NCBI GenBank assembly: GCA_018396865.1
Contig: JAGTRB010000010.1
Location: 7,967-71,966, forward strand
Reading direction: 5' to 3'
Length of the DNA stretch: 64,000 nucleotides
DNA from: Candidatus Bathyarchaeota archaeon
GTDB taxonomy: Archaea; Thermoproteota; Bathyarchaeia; TCS64
Shown here piece by piece: positions 47,180-56,972 of this stretch; the stretch's first letter is position 1; the number at the start of each line of letters is the position of its first letter. Position numbers and translations under genes: made by a program. Under the pieces are notes generated by a model that had not been told where the DNA came from, did no database searches, and was given only the letters and a program-made list of their open reading frames with translations.

Positions 47180-47652
47180 TTCAACCCCTAAAGGCTATCA
47201 CGCCAGATGTTTTATACACTGCCCTAGAGATGCTTAACAAGCCTTCTCTCCCCTCCGACTTTTATGCTCTGATGGGGGCCTACCCTAGCCCGTAATTCAC
47301 AGAAACATTTCAAACTCTATGAGAATGGGCCTGGCGCTGCGAGGTGGATGCTCTTCCTATCCTGTGTTATTGTGATTAAAAGATGGGCTCCAACGGTACC
47401 TTCAACTATTGGGAAGGGCCCAGCAGTGCGAAAGCTTCCGATTTCCCTTATCCATTGGGCCCATGATGCTTATTGTGTACTCTATTGGAAAACCACTCCA
47501 ATGGATGGCCTTAAAGCCCCTTAAAGATAACCTGGCATCATCACCCTCTTTGAGATTTCAGTTTCCTTTTGAGGTTTAAGTTGAGGTAGGGAAAACTGCT
47601 TGAATGGTTGGAGGAAGGGATATTTCAGACTGTGAAAGTGGGGAGAGAAAAG

Positions 47653-48723
47653 TTAGAAGTGCCTGAAGCACCTCTCGTCGGTGAAGGCCATGGCTATCCC
47701 ATGCTCTTCGCAGGCCTTTATGACCTCCTCGTCCCTTATGGAGCCTCCTGGTTGGATGCAGGCTGTGATGCCGTACTTGGCCATGAGCTCGACCGAGTCT
47801 GAGAATGGAAAGAATCCGTCGGAGGCCAGTACAGCTCCCTTCAGCTCCTCTCTGTGGCCCCTCTCAGCGGCCTTCTCTAGGGCCAGCCTGACAGCCGTCA
47901 CCCTGTCCTGCTGCCCTGCGCCGATGCCTAGAGTAGCCCTGTCTCTGGATACTACTATCCCGTTCGATCTCACGTTCATACAGATGTACCAGGAGAATAT
48001 GAGGTCGTCGAGCTCCCTCTCGGTGGGGTTTCTCCTGGTCACTATCCTCAGATCCCCCGGCCCTCTAATCCTCGTCAGAAGGGGGGCTGAGACTATTATT
48101 GAGCCGTCAACGAGGATGGAGATGTTGTATGGCTGGGGGGGATCCCCTATGAACCTGCTTAGAGTGGCTAGATTCTGGAACTGGATTATCCTCAAGTCCC
48201 TCCTACTCGAGAGAACCCCTATGGCCTCCTCCTCGAATGAGGGGGCCGCCACCACCTCAACGAAGGTTGAAGCGACCTCCTCGCCTGTCCCCTCATCCAA
48301 GGTCGAGTTGAAGACTACGACGCTCCCGTAGGCCGCTACGCTGTCGCAGTCCCTAGCCCTTATATAGATATCCCTGAGGCTTTCAAATCCGCCTCTGGAG
48401 GCCGCAACGCCCGAGGGGTTCAGGTGCTTCATGACGGCGCAGGCCGGCTCCTCGAAGTACTTGAGGATGTTTAGGGCGTTGTTGACGTCCTCTATGTTGG
48501 TCTGGCTTAGGCCCCCCTTCCCCCCCTTTATCAACTTCAAGTTCCCAATGACCGGATGGCCTCTCAACGGCCTGTATAGGGCAGCCGGTTGGTGGGGGTT
48601 CTCCCCATACCTGAGGCTCATCGCCTTCTCGTAGATCATCTCCTCCCCGCCTATGTGCATGCTGAGCCTATCGGGAAAACCCTCCTCGGTTGGGGTCCTA
48701 TACCTTTTCCTCATCTCCTCCAA
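47653..48723 (-). CDS. purH: AICAR formyltransferase domain of PurH (C-terminal part)
   Basis: LRYGENPHQ, MKHLNPSGVA and a C-terminus of PurH type (DAFFPF..QPGGS..D). Lies in the same frame as the upstream ORF, separated from it by a single TGA. Confidence 0.85.
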   Translation of the reverse strand: MEEMRKRYRTPTEEGFPDRLSMHIGGEEMIYEKAMSLRYGENPHQPAALYRPLRGHPVIGNLKLIKGGKGGLSQTNIEDVNNALNILKYFEEPACAVMKHLNPSGVAASRGGFESLRDIYIRARDCDSVAAYGSVVVFNSTLDEGTGEEVASTFVEVVAAPSFEEEAIGVLSSRRDLRIIQFQNLATLSRFIGDPPQPYNISILVDGSIIVSAPLLTRIRGPGDLRIVTRRNPTERELDDLIFSWYICMNVRSNGIVVSRDRATLGIGAGQQDRVTAVRLALEKAAERGHREELKGAVLASDGFFPFSDSVELMAKYGITACIQPGGSIRDEEVIKACEEHGIAMAFTDERCFRHF

Positions 48724-48726
48724 GCC

Positions 48727-49410
48727 TCACCCTCCTCCCATGAGGTGTCTATAGATGGCCTCGTCGTAATCTGAGGTCCTCCTGAAGGCCTCCACGGCGA
48801 GCCTCCATCTCAACCCCTCGGGAAGATTCCCATTATGCCTCTTGAGGCCCTCCACCACCTCCTCATACTGGGATGGATCGACTACCACCGCGACCCTTCC
48901 ATGGAGTAGGCTGGCCTTTGCGGCTGCCCTGATCAGGGCGGGGCCTCCTATATCGATTCCAACCGCTGCCTCCCTCCACCCTCCCCTAGCTGCATACTCC
49001 TCGAAGGGGTATAGGTTGACAACCACTAGGTCTATGGGCTCTATTCCCCACCTCTCCATGTAGCTCCTGTGTTCCGGGTTTTCGGGATTGAGGAGTATGC
49101 CTCCATGGATCTTGGGATGGAGGGTCTTGAGCAATCCTCCAGGCGCCTCCGGGAAGCCCGTGTACTCCGAGACCTCCATCACCCTTCGATACCCCGCCCT
49201 CCTTAGCCAGGCCGCGGTTCCCGAGGAGGCGACGACCTCGACCCCCAGGGAGGCCAGAACCTCGACTAGTTTATCTAGGCCCCGTCTATCCGAGACGCTT
49301 ATCAAGGCCCGCCTGATCAAGCCCTTATCAACTCGATTTCTATCTTTGGAGCCATCATTTAAATTGATGATTCTCCCGGGATTTCGGCTCTGAGGGGAGA
49401 GGTTCTCCAA
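48727..49410 (-). CDS. purH: IMP cyclohydrolase (MGS-like) domain of PurH (N-terminal part)
   Basis: ALISVSD..GL, TLHPKIHGGIL and VVVNLYPF match the PurH N-domain. Confidence 0.85.
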   Translation of the reverse strand: MENLSPQSRNPGRIINLNDGSKDRNRVDKGLIRRALISVSDRRGLDKLVEVLASLGVEVVASSGTAAWLRRAGYRRVMEVSEYTGFPEAPGGLLKTLHPKIHGGILLNPENPEHRSYMERWGIEPIDLVVVNLYPFEEYAARGGWREAAVGIDIGGPALIRAAAKASLLHGRVAVVVDPSQYEEVVEGLKRHNGNLPEGLRWRLAVEAFRRTSDYDEAIYRHLMGGG

Positions 49411-49538
49411 AAAAATGGGGAGGAGGCATTTTTATGAAGGGAAAGGCCTCCGAAGGTGACTGCCACGAGTTCGGGTGGTATGGCCTGGGCTGCCTTTTGT
49501 AGCCCCTTGGATTCTCGGGACTAAGATCTGCGCTGAGC

Positions 49539-50990
49539 CTAGGGGGTTCTCCCTGAGCCAGGTAGGAGGATGTCGTGGGGCTTCAGCTCATCGGCTCCCT
49601 TCTCCGTGACGAGGGCTAATCTGGCCTTCTCCCACATCTGGGTTATGTTCTCCGCCCCTACGTAGCCCATGGCTGCCTGGAGGCCTCCCACGAACTCGGA
49701 GACTATGTCGGCGACTGTCCCCCTGTATGGGACCCATCCCTCCACCCCCTCATCTATTGTCTTTGAGGGCTGGGAGTACCTGTCCTGGGCGTACCTTTTC
49801 CTCTTCGCAGCGGCGCTACCCATCCCATAGTACTCCTTGTAGTATCTCCCCTCCAGGGCGACCAGCCGCCCTGGGCTCTCTCTACACCCGGCGAAGACGT
49901 TGCCCATCATGGTCGATGAGGCCCCCATCGCCAGGGCGACCGCTACATCCCCTGGGTTCCTTATCCCTCCATCGGCTATTATCGGGATGTCCGCCCCATA
50001 ATCCCTCACGGCGTCTGCCGCCTGGGATACTGCGAAGAGGGTTGGGGATCCCGCCCTTGTCACCACGCTCGTTGTGCAGATGGAGCCGCTTCCTATCCCG
50101 ACCCTTAGACCCCCTATCCCTTCCAGCTTGGTTATGCAGTCCTCGGCGGCCTCATATGTGCCTATGTTCCCAACCACTAACTCGGCGGAGATCTCCTTCA
50201 ACATCCTCTTTGTCGCCTCGAAGCAGTTTCTATTGTGGAAGTGGGCGACATCGGTGAAGAGGACGTCAACGTATTTGTCGAGGGCCTTGGCCCTAGGGAG
50301 GTCGAAGGGGGATATGGCGGCGGCGCAGACTAGCCTCCCCTCCTCGTCTCTTATCGCGTTGGGGTAGGTGCCCTTCAGGGTTATGTCCCTCATGGTTATG
50401 AGGCCCCTCACCCTTCCCTCCCCGTCGACTATGGGGAGCTTCTCTATCCTCTCCCTGTGGAGGATCCTCTTGGCCTCCTCTAGGGTGATGGCCTCGCTAG
50501 CCGTTATCACGTTCCTCGTCATCACGTCCCTCACCCTCAGGGATGGATCTGCCAGGCGGACATCTCTGGCCGTGACGATGCCTATTAGCTTCTCATCATC
50601 CTCGACAACGGGGAATCCGTGGATGTTGTGGGCCTCCATCAGCCTTAGAAGCTCCTCTACGGTTATATCCGGGCCCACTGTGACCACATCCCTTATGATG
50701 AGGGCCTCAGCCCTCTTAACCCTCCTCGCCATCTCCACCTCCGCCTCCACGGAGCAGTTCCTGTGGAGGACGCCGAGGCCTCCCTGCCTTGCCAGGGCTA
50801 TGGCCATATCGCTCTCGGTGACCGTGTCCATGGGGGAGGAGATGAATGGGACATTCAGCATCACCCTCCTGGTTGCCCTGCTCCTGACATCAACCTCTGA
50901 GGGCTCCACGGAGGTGAATCCTGGAAGCAGAAGGACATCGTTGAAGGTAAGGGCCTGAACGGCTTTAAACAGCTTATCCCTAAAACCCAT
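49539..50990 (-). CDS. guaB: inosine-5'-monophosphate dehydrogenase
   Basis: Catalytic loop GIGSGSICTT and a CBS pair insertion; 483 aa. Confidence 0.95.
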   Translation of the reverse strand: MGFRDKLFKAVQALTFNDVLLLPGFTSVEPSEVDVRSRATRRVMLNVPFISSPMDTVTESDMAIALARQGGLGVLHRNCSVEAEVEMARRVKRAEALIIRDVVTVGPDITVEELLRLMEAHNIHGFPVVEDDEKLIGIVTARDVRLADPSLRVRDVMTRNVITASEAITLEEAKRILHRERIEKLPIVDGEGRVRGLITMRDITLKGTYPNAIRDEEGRLVCAAAISPFDLPRAKALDKYVDVLFTDVAHFHNRNCFEATKRMLKEISAELVVGNIGTYEAAEDCITKLEGIGGLRVGIGSGSICTTSVVTRAGSPTLFAVSQAADAVRDYGADIPIIADGGIRNPGDVAVALAMGASSTMMGNVFAGCRESPGRLVALEGRYYKEYYGMGSAAAKRKRYAQDRYSQPSKTIDEGVEGWVPYRGTVADIVSEFVGGLQAAMGYVGAENITQMWEKARLALVTEKGADELKPHDILLPGSGRTP

Positions 50991-51180
50991 CCGACCACCG
51001 GTGTTTTAACTCACGATGAGAACTTGGGGTTATTAACGTTTTACTTTTAGCTTGATCCGTTGGGAGGAGGGATTCCAGAGGGGTGAAATCTTGAGGTTAT
51101 CCTCAAAGAGGTGTTTCAGGGGATCGAGAGCGTTCGAGAGGTGGCGGCCTCTAAGGGATAGGATATATATAACCTTGTTT

Positions 51181-51188
51181 TTATATCT
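51181..51188 (+). promoter_or_regulatory. TATA box (TTTTATAT) about 25 nt upstream of the 51208 start
   Basis: Spacing and sequence agree with the archaeal BRE/TATA consensus. Confidence 0.5.
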
Positions 51189-51207
51189 GGCCAAGGATGG
51201 TTAGTGG

Positions 51208-51459
51208 GTGGGGGTCTTGAAGGCTTTCGTCCTCATGAACACAGAGCTGGGCCAGGAGGCCTCAGTGGTTGAGGCCTTGACCCGTATGGAGGGGGTTAAA
51301 AAGGCCTACGCCCTCTACGGCATCTATGACGTCATCGCTGAGATAGAGGCCGAGTCCATGGATAATGTAAGAAACATAGTCTTCACTAAGATCAGGCAGC
51401 TGCCGAATGTCAGGAGCACCGTGACACTCATCACATACGGAGAATCCTTTATCAGGTAG
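51208..51459 (+). CDS. stand-alone Lrp/AsnC ligand-binding (RAM) domain protein
   Basis: 83 aa with a beta-alpha-beta-beta-alpha-beta-like pattern matching the AsnC C-terminal domain. Confidence 0.6.
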   Translation: MGVLKAFVLMNTELGQEASVVEALTRMEGVKKAYALYGIYDVIAEIEAESMDNVRNIVFTKIRQLPNVRSTVTLITYGESFIR

Positions 51460-51564
51460 ATCCGGCGGTCCTCAAGCCCTTTGAACCTAACTTCATGATC
51501 TTTTAAACTATGCTTCTCTTATTAGTCAAATCTGATTTGGATTTCCTTTCTTTTTAGTGTTTCT

Positions 51565-52446
51565 CTATTTCAAGATCTTCCCTGTCATCATATACCATAT
51601 ATAGAGGTCTAGTTCTGCGGGGGTTATTCCCATCCTTCCGGCTATGGCCCTCATTAGAGCCTCAAGCCTTATGTATAGGGATTTGCTCAGACCTCTAGGG
51701 ATCTCGGTTATCAGCCCCTTCCCCCATAGAAACCTCAATATGTGCCTGTCTAGGATGGCCAGATTTTTTGACCCCGTGTTCCTGAGGAAGTGGCTCGCCT
51801 CCTTATATCCTAGCCCCTTCACCTCTCTCACAAGCCATTCCCTCGCCTCCATCTCATCCATGTTTCTTAGGGTCTCCTTGAGCCTCCCGTGGAGCCTCCT
51901 GGCCTCGACTATGTACTCAGCCCTTGCCTCGGGGTATCTGTGCCCCAGCCTTCTCAGTTCCCCTGAGAGCTTCTCCCTCTCCAGCGTCAGGAGACCCCTT
52001 CCAAGGGCTTCCTGGATCTTCATCCCCCCCTCTGCGGTGTAGTTGGCTGTGAGGATGCAGAAGCACAACTCCCTGAAGAGGCTCTCCTCGTCCCCTCCAG
52101 CCTCCTCAAACGATCTGATTCTTTCCTCGACGATGGGCCTCACCTCCTCCACCGCTTTCATGAGCTCCCCTAGGAAGTCGAGCCTGGCTATCCAGACTTG
52201 AAATCTGGGTCCTCTAACCTCCTCGTAGCGCCATAGGGTGTGGGGGGCCCCAGAGACCTCCTCTAGGATGTGTACGAGGTCCATGAAGTAGTCTGAGACC
52301 CCGCAGGTCTCGCACATGCTTCCCGAGAACCTGAGCGTTATAACCCTTCCCTTTATCGATAGAAGCTCTACGGAGGCCTCCCTTCCGAAGATCTTTGAGA
52401 ACTCCTCTATAGCTCTCTCTACCTCTCCCCTATCTATGAGGCTCAC
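51565..52446 (-). CDS. ogg: 8-oxoguanine DNA glycosylase / N-glycosylase-DNA lyase (HhH-GPD, Ogg2/AGOG-like)
   Basis: HhH with catalytic Lys (GLGYKEASHFLRN) followed by Asp (LAILDRH). Confidence 0.7.
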   Translation of the reverse strand: MSLIDRGEVERAIEEFSKIFGREASVELLSIKGRVITLRFSGSMCETCGVSDYFMDLVHILEEVSGAPHTLWRYEEVRGPRFQVWIARLDFLGELMKAVEEVRPIVEERIRSFEEAGGDEESLFRELCFCILTANYTAEGGMKIQEALGRGLLTLEREKLSGELRRLGHRYPEARAEYIVEARRLHGRLKETLRNMDEMEAREWLVREVKGLGYKEASHFLRNTGSKNLAILDRHILRFLWGKGLITEIPRGLSKSLYIRLEALMRAIAGRMGITPAELDLYIWYMMTGKILK

Positions 52447-52528
52447 CGTGACATCCCCTGTTCCTGTTGTAACCTTTCAAGTAAAAGTAATATTTGTTCA
52501 ACTAGGGTTAGGGGCTGAAAGGGGCTCT

Positions 52529-52813
52529 TTATCGGGGGTTATTCCCCTTTGCTTTTTGGACCTCATCTAATGCTCTCTCAGCCGCCTGGATGCATGAGAG
52601 GAGGTCGTCTATGGTTGCCGTGAGGCTTTTGATCCCCCTGTGGCACGTGATCGAGAACCGAAGTTCTCCCCCTGAGGCCTCTGATGTTAGGGTTATGCCT
52701 TCGGGGGCTTGGGTGTTGTCGGGTGAGACGGCGTCTAGGACCGCCCTCGCCTCCCTCTCAGAGCTGTATCTTAAAATTATGTGTGCCTCTTGCCTTTCTC
52801 TGCTCCCCGACAA
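52529..52813 (-). CDS. pcc1: KEOPS complex subunit Pcc1
   Basis: Small 94-aa protein with a Pcc1-like beta-alpha pattern (ILRYSSEREARAV.. RFSITCHRGIKSLTATIDDLL). Confidence 0.65.
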   Translation of the reverse strand: MSGSRERQEAHIILRYSSEREARAVLDAVSPDNTQAPEGITLTSEASGGELRFSITCHRGIKSLTATIDDLLSCIQAAERALDEVQKAKGNNPR

Positions 52814-54218
52814 GTCTGTTCACCAGCCTGATGAACTCATCCTCGTATATCTCTTGTATAAATGCTCCTGCGGCTATATCGTGTCCTCCTCCCCTCCCGT
52901 TAAACCTCTCGGCTGCCTCCATCATGACCTTCCCGAGGTTTATTCCCTCCATTGCCAGCTCGTCTGTGAGCCTCCCCGAGACCTTCAGGAGGCCCCCCTC
53001 AGCCTTGGCCAGTGCCACTATCGGCATCTTCTTCTTCAGGATTCCCGTTGAGATGAGGATGGAGGCCACAACCCCTATTATCCTGTCGTCTATCTCATCC
53101 TGGGCGCTGAGGGCGTATATGTTCTCCATCTCGACTATGGAGGCCCTCTCCCTCACCAGGTCTAGGTACTCTGCTATCTTCCTCCTGTACTCGTTCAGGG
53201 TGGCCTCGGCCTCCTCGACTGCTGATCCCCTGTCTCCTAGGCATACGGCTATGCCGAGGCTGGGCCTCTCCATCCTCGCGCAGGCGTTCAGGAGGGAGGC
53301 GTACTCCCTTCCATCCCTCATGGGTGTCCAGGCCTCCTCCTTCTTGAAGGTGTAGACCTTCCCTATGAGCTCGTGGATGGCCTCGACGCTGCACTGCTCT
53401 TGGATCATGTGCTGGGAGAGGGCTGAGAAGAGGCTCCTCTTCTCCTCCTCTGTTAGGTCCCTCAGGGCCCTCCATCTCCCCTCCCTCTTCAGCTCTATCC
53501 CAAGCTCCTTTAGGAAGGCTAGGCATCTGTCCTCCCTCCCGCTCAGGCCTGGTATGTATGGGTTTGTGGTGTATGCTAGGGCCCTGTATAGGGGCCTCGT
53601 CTCATATCCGTATAGGGTTATATCGGTCCTAGTCTCCAGTAAGCCTGCCTCTTTAGCTTCTTCCTCTATCCTCCTGTTCAGGCCTGTGAGGGACTTCCCC
53701 TCTCCCTTATCCTGCTGGTCTGCTAGGGCTCCGACCACTCCCAGGGGGCTCAGGGCTATGTTCCCCTCGTCGATCCGCCTTGAGAAGAGGTATGCGACCC
53801 CCGCGCCGCTTATGCCCCTTGAGCCGTCTAAGCCGTGCGACACCGGGTTTATGTGGACTATCCGGCCCTCCTCTGCCTCTATGGGGGGATGGTGGTCCAA
53901 GATTATGACGTCGGAGTCCGATAGGTGTTTTGCTATGATGTCTAGGTAGCTGCTGCCTATGTCTGAGAATATTATGAGGGGGGCCTTCTCCTCCGAGATC
54001 CCTTTCAGGATCTCCTCGTCGAGCCTGACCTCGCAGGTTGTCTTGAAGGGTACACCAGACCTCAATGAGGTTAGGCTGAGGATCCCGCCAGCGGCTATCC
54101 CGTCGGCGTCGCTGTGGGAGACTATCCTAACGGGGTCTCCCCTCTCCACATGCCGCTCGTATAGCTCCGCCGCCACCTCTATGGAGTCGAGAAACTGCCT
54201 CTCCAGCTCCAGATTCAT
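52758..54218 (-). CDS. RecJ-like DHH-family exonuclease (GAN/Cdc45 homologue)
   Basis: DHH motifs (SHSDADG, DHH) and DHHA1 GGGH (NGRGGGHDIAAGA); 486 aa. Confidence 0.8.
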   Translation of the reverse strand: MNLELERQFLDSIEVAAELYERHVERGDPVRIVSHSDADGIAAGGILSLTSLRSGVPFKTTCEVRLDEEILKGISEEKAPLIIFSDIGSSYLDIIAKHLSDSDVIILDHHPPIEAEEGRIVHINPVSHGLDGSRGISGAGVAYLFSRRIDEGNIALSPLGVVGALADQQDKGEGKSLTGLNRRIEEEAKEAGLLETRTDITLYGYETRPLYRALAYTTNPYIPGLSGREDRCLAFLKELGIELKREGRWRALRDLTEEEKRSLFSALSQHMIQEQCSVEAIHELIGKVYTFKKEEAWTPMRDGREYASLLNACARMERPSLGIAVCLGDRGSAVEEAEATLNEYRRKIAEYLDLVRERASIVEMENIYALSAQDEIDDRIIGVVASILISTGILKKKMPIVALAKAEGGLLKVSGRLTDELAMEGINLGKVMMEAAERFNGRGGGHDIAAGAFIQEIYEDEFIRLVNRLVGEQRKARGTHNFKIQL

Positions 54219-54229
54219 CTCCGCCGCGT

Positions 54230-54676
54230 TTAGAATGTGATCATGCTGGGCCTGTATTCCCAGTCTGGTGGTATGAGGCCCTTCCTCTTGTAGTACTTGG
54301 CCAGCTTGTATATCCTCGCCTCAGCCAGCTGCAGGCCCCTCTTGTTGCTGTAGTCCTTGGGGTTGCGCTCCAGATGCCTCCTGATGTTGGCCGCCCTTGA
54401 GATGAGGTTCTGGAGATCCTCTGGGAGCTTCGGGGCCATCTGGGCCTCCCGAAGGATCTCTAGGATCCCCTCTCCCACGATCGGCTTTACCAGGGGTATT
54501 CCATGCTCATCCCTCAGGATGTTGCCTATCTCGCTGGGGGTTCTCCCCTCCCTGGCTAGGCTTATCACCAGGGCCTTCACCTCCTCGGGCTGGTATACAA
54601 CCCATCCCGGGGGCCTCTTTGAGACAGGCCTTGTAGATCGGGATCCCCCCAGCATTAGCGCCCTTCTTCCAACCAT
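54230..54676 (-). CDS. rps15: 30S ribosomal protein S15 (S13e)
   Basis: Archaeal S15/S13e signature (PPDWEY C-terminus and an S15 helical core). Confidence 0.85.
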   Translation of the reverse strand: MVGRRALMLGGSRSTRPVSKRPPGWVVYQPEEVKALVISLAREGRTPSEIGNILRDEHGIPLVKPIVGEGILEILREAQMAPKLPEDLQNLISRAANIRRHLERNPKDYSNKRGLQLAEARIYKLAKYYKRKGLIPPDWEYRPSMITF

Positions 54677-54811
54677 TCGCCATCAACCGATTATAGTGGC
54701 CGGCTTCTCCATTCGTGAGCGGCTGTCTTTATAAAGGTTTACATTTTAATAGATGCTCGTCTCTAGGGCCTTCTGGGTTGTGGGTTTCTCATGTGGTTCT
54801 ATCCATTCAAT

Positions 54812-55393
54812 TTATATCCTTGGGTTTGATTTGAGCCAGGCTCCGAGCATCCTGAATGCCCTAGCCCTGTGGGATATGGCGTTCTTCTCCTCTATGGTCA
54901 TCTCCCCGAAGGTCCTTCCGTCCCCCTCATCTGGTATGAAGATGGGGTCGTATCCGAAGCCCCCTGTTCCCCGGGGCTCCGGTGAGATCCTCCCCCAGAC
55001 CACGCCTTGGAAGAGGTGTAGATCGCATCCGTGCTTGAGAGCTATCACAGACTTGTAGTATGCCCTTCTATCCTCGAGGCCCTCCATGAGCTTCAGTATC
55101 CCAATGAGGCCGATCTTCCTTAGGGTGTAGGAGGAGTATGGGCCTGGAAATCCCCCGTATCGCTCTATGAAGAGGCCTGACTCCTCGGAGATTATTAGGC
55201 GTGGGTCGTTGATGGATATCCCCTCTAGGCTGTGGGATGCTATCTCCTCCAACTCGTCGGCTTGTATCTCGAGCTTCTCCCCTCTTAATAGGTGGAGGTC
55301 GATTCCCATCTCGGAGAGGGTGAGCCTCCCCTCCTCATACTTGTGGGGGTTACCCGTCAGCATCCATATCGCTCTCGTTTTCCCTCTTGACAT
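54812..55393 (-). CDS. non-canonical purine NTP pyrophosphatase (Ham1/RdgB ITPase)
   Basis: Ham1 family motifs (FGYDPIF, EM..EEKN). Confidence 0.85.
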   Translation of the reverse strand: MSRGKTRAIWMLTGNPHKYEEGRLTLSEMGIDLHLLRGEKLEIQADELEEIASHSLEGISINDPRLIISEESGLFIERYGGFPGPYSSYTLRKIGLIGILKLMEGLEDRRAYYKSVIALKHGCDLHLFQGVVWGRISPEPRGTGGFGYDPIFIPDEGDGRTFGEMTIEEKNAISHRARAFRMLGAWLKSNPRI

Positions 55394-56972
55394 ATCTGCC
55401 CCTCCTCTCTATCTCCCTCACCTTCCTTATGGCCTCCTCTGCCTCAGCCCCCATGATGCTCCTGTAGCCCTCCTCGAAGGCCGTGGAGAGCTCCTTGACG
55501 TGGGGGAAGTGGGTGCTCATGAGCATCCTCCTCATCAGGTGGAGGTCCACCCCCCTCTTCTCAGCCTCCCTTGACAGCTCTGCGAGGCCGAAGTCTATGA
55601 AGAAGGGGGACTCCCCGTTCCAGATTATGTTGGATGTGGTGAGGTCCCCGTGGATTATACCAGCCCCATGCAGCCTCCCCGCCTTCACCCCTATGAGCCT
55701 GAAGAGCCTGACTCTATCCCCGTGGTCGAGGCTCTCCAGGGCCTCCCTGACCCTCACCCCCTCGACGTACTGCATCACTATCGCCTTTCCCTCCGGATCG
55801 ACCTGATAGATGATCGGCGTGGAGACCCCCGCCCTCTTCGCCCTGTGGATGATCTCGGCCTCGTGTACCGTCCTGTACCTCCTCAGCTCCTCATCTAGGT
55901 CAGGGTGGCGATAGCTCTTTTTACCCCTCCTCTTTATGATCACCCTCCTCCCATTCCAGTCTTCGTCGAGCCAGAGGTCCGCCTCAGCCCCCTTTGATAT
56001 CAGAACCATCTTCGAGCCGCTGGGCTCAGCGTCCTCACCTCGCCCGATCTTCAGCTCGGATTTGGAGCCCTCCTTTCTCCATGGGACTTCCACCTCGTCT
56101 ATCCTCCAGTCGCTGTCTATGTGGCTCCTCTCCAGGGGTGTTGTCATCCCGTGGGTGTATGCTAGGATGCCCGTCCAGGCTATCATGGCCCCGTTGTCCG
56201 TGGCGTAGCCCGTGGGCACGTAGTGGGGGGTGGCCCCATGCTCCTCCGCTATGGACTGGATTATGGAGCGGAGCCTCCTGTTCGCGGCGACGCCCCCGGT
56301 GAGGAGGAGCTCGGGCTTTCTCGTGTGGGCTAGGGCCCTCTCAGTGACCTCTCCCAGCATCGCGTAGGCCACCTCCTGGAGGCTGTAGCAGAGGTCCTCT
56401 AGCCTCCAGCATCCCCTCTTCAGCTCCTGCAGGGCGGCTGTCAGGAGGCCTGTGAAGCTCAGGTCCATCCCCTTAACCACGTATGGTAGTGGGATGAGCC
56501 TCTCCCCCTTGAGGGCCATCCTCTCAACCGCTGGGCCTCCCGGATATGGCAGCCCTGCCTCCCTGGCGAAGACGTCTAGGCAGTTCCCGACCGCTATGTC
56601 TAGGGTCTCCCCGTAGACCCTGTACCTTCCGGCCTCGAACCCCGCGACGATGGTGTTCCCACCAGAGACGTATAGGGTGAGGGGGTCCTCTGCCCCTGAT
56701 GAGAGGCGCCCGATCTCTATGTGGGCTACGCAGTGGTTAACCCCGACGAGGGGGACGCCGAGGTATGAGGCTAGAGCCCTGGCCGCCGTGGCCCCGGTTC
56801 TCAGGCAGGGGCCCAATCCCGGCCCCCTGGAGAACGCCACGACATCGATGTCTCCGGCCTCCAGCCCGGCCCTTTCTAGGGCCCTGGCTATGACCTCCCC
56901 GATCTCCATGGCGTGGTGGCGCGCAGCCTCCCTTGGGTGGATACCCCCCTTCTCGGGGGTGTAGGTGCTCAC
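55350..56972 (-). CDS. kae1: Kae1-Bud32 fusion (tRNA t6A threonylcarbamoyl transferase fused to Bud32 kinase/ATPase)
   Basis: The N-terminal ~330 aa is Kae1 (metal ligands in VNHCVAH). The C-terminal ~200 aa is a Bud32 RIO-like kinase (IIHGDLTTSN). The conserved Kae1 N-terminus continues in frame upstream to ~57056 (see findings). Confidence 0.85.
   Translation of the reverse strand: MSTYTPEKGGIHPREAARHHAMEIGEVIARALERAGLEAGDIDVVAFSRGPGLGPCLRTGATAARALASYLGVPLVGVNHCVAHIEIGRLSSGAEDPLTLYVSGGNTIVAGFEAGRYRVYGETLDIAVGNCLDVFAREAGLPYPGGPAVERMALKGERLIPLPYVVKGMDLSFTGLLTAALQELKRGCWRLEDLCYSLQEVAYAMLGEVTERALAHTRKPELLLTGGVAANRRLRSIIQSIAEEHGATPHYVPTGYATDNGAMIAWTGILAYTHGMTTPLERSHIDSDWRIDEVEVPWRKEGSKSELKIGRGEDAEPSGSKMVLISKGAEADLWLDEDWNGRRVIIKRRGKKSYRHPDLDEELRRYRTVHEAEIIHRAKRAGVSTPIIYQVDPEGKAIVMQYVEGVRVREALESLDHGDRVRLFRLIGVKAGRLHGAGIIHGDLTTSNIIWNGESPFFIDFGLAELSREAEKRGVDLHLMRRMLMSTHFPHVKELSTAFEEGYRSIMGAEAEEAIRKVREIERRGRYVKRENESDMDADG

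Noticed and set aside
48727-48729. TGA between the PurH domains as a selenocysteine codon
   Set aside because: It falls in a non-conserved interdomain linker with no catalytic role for Sec and no obvious SECIS-like hairpin downstream. A split gene or an error is more parsimonious.
49727-50958. Two plus-strand ORFs (176 and 196 aa) overlapping guaB
   Set aside because: They lie entirely within the high-confidence IMPDH gene on the other strand, and their Pro/Ser/Arg-rich composition indicates frame-shadow artefacts.
52590-53949. Several plus-strand ORFs (153-223 aa) within the RecJ-like gene
   Set aside because: Shadow ORFs opposite a DHH/DHHA1 protein with clear motifs.
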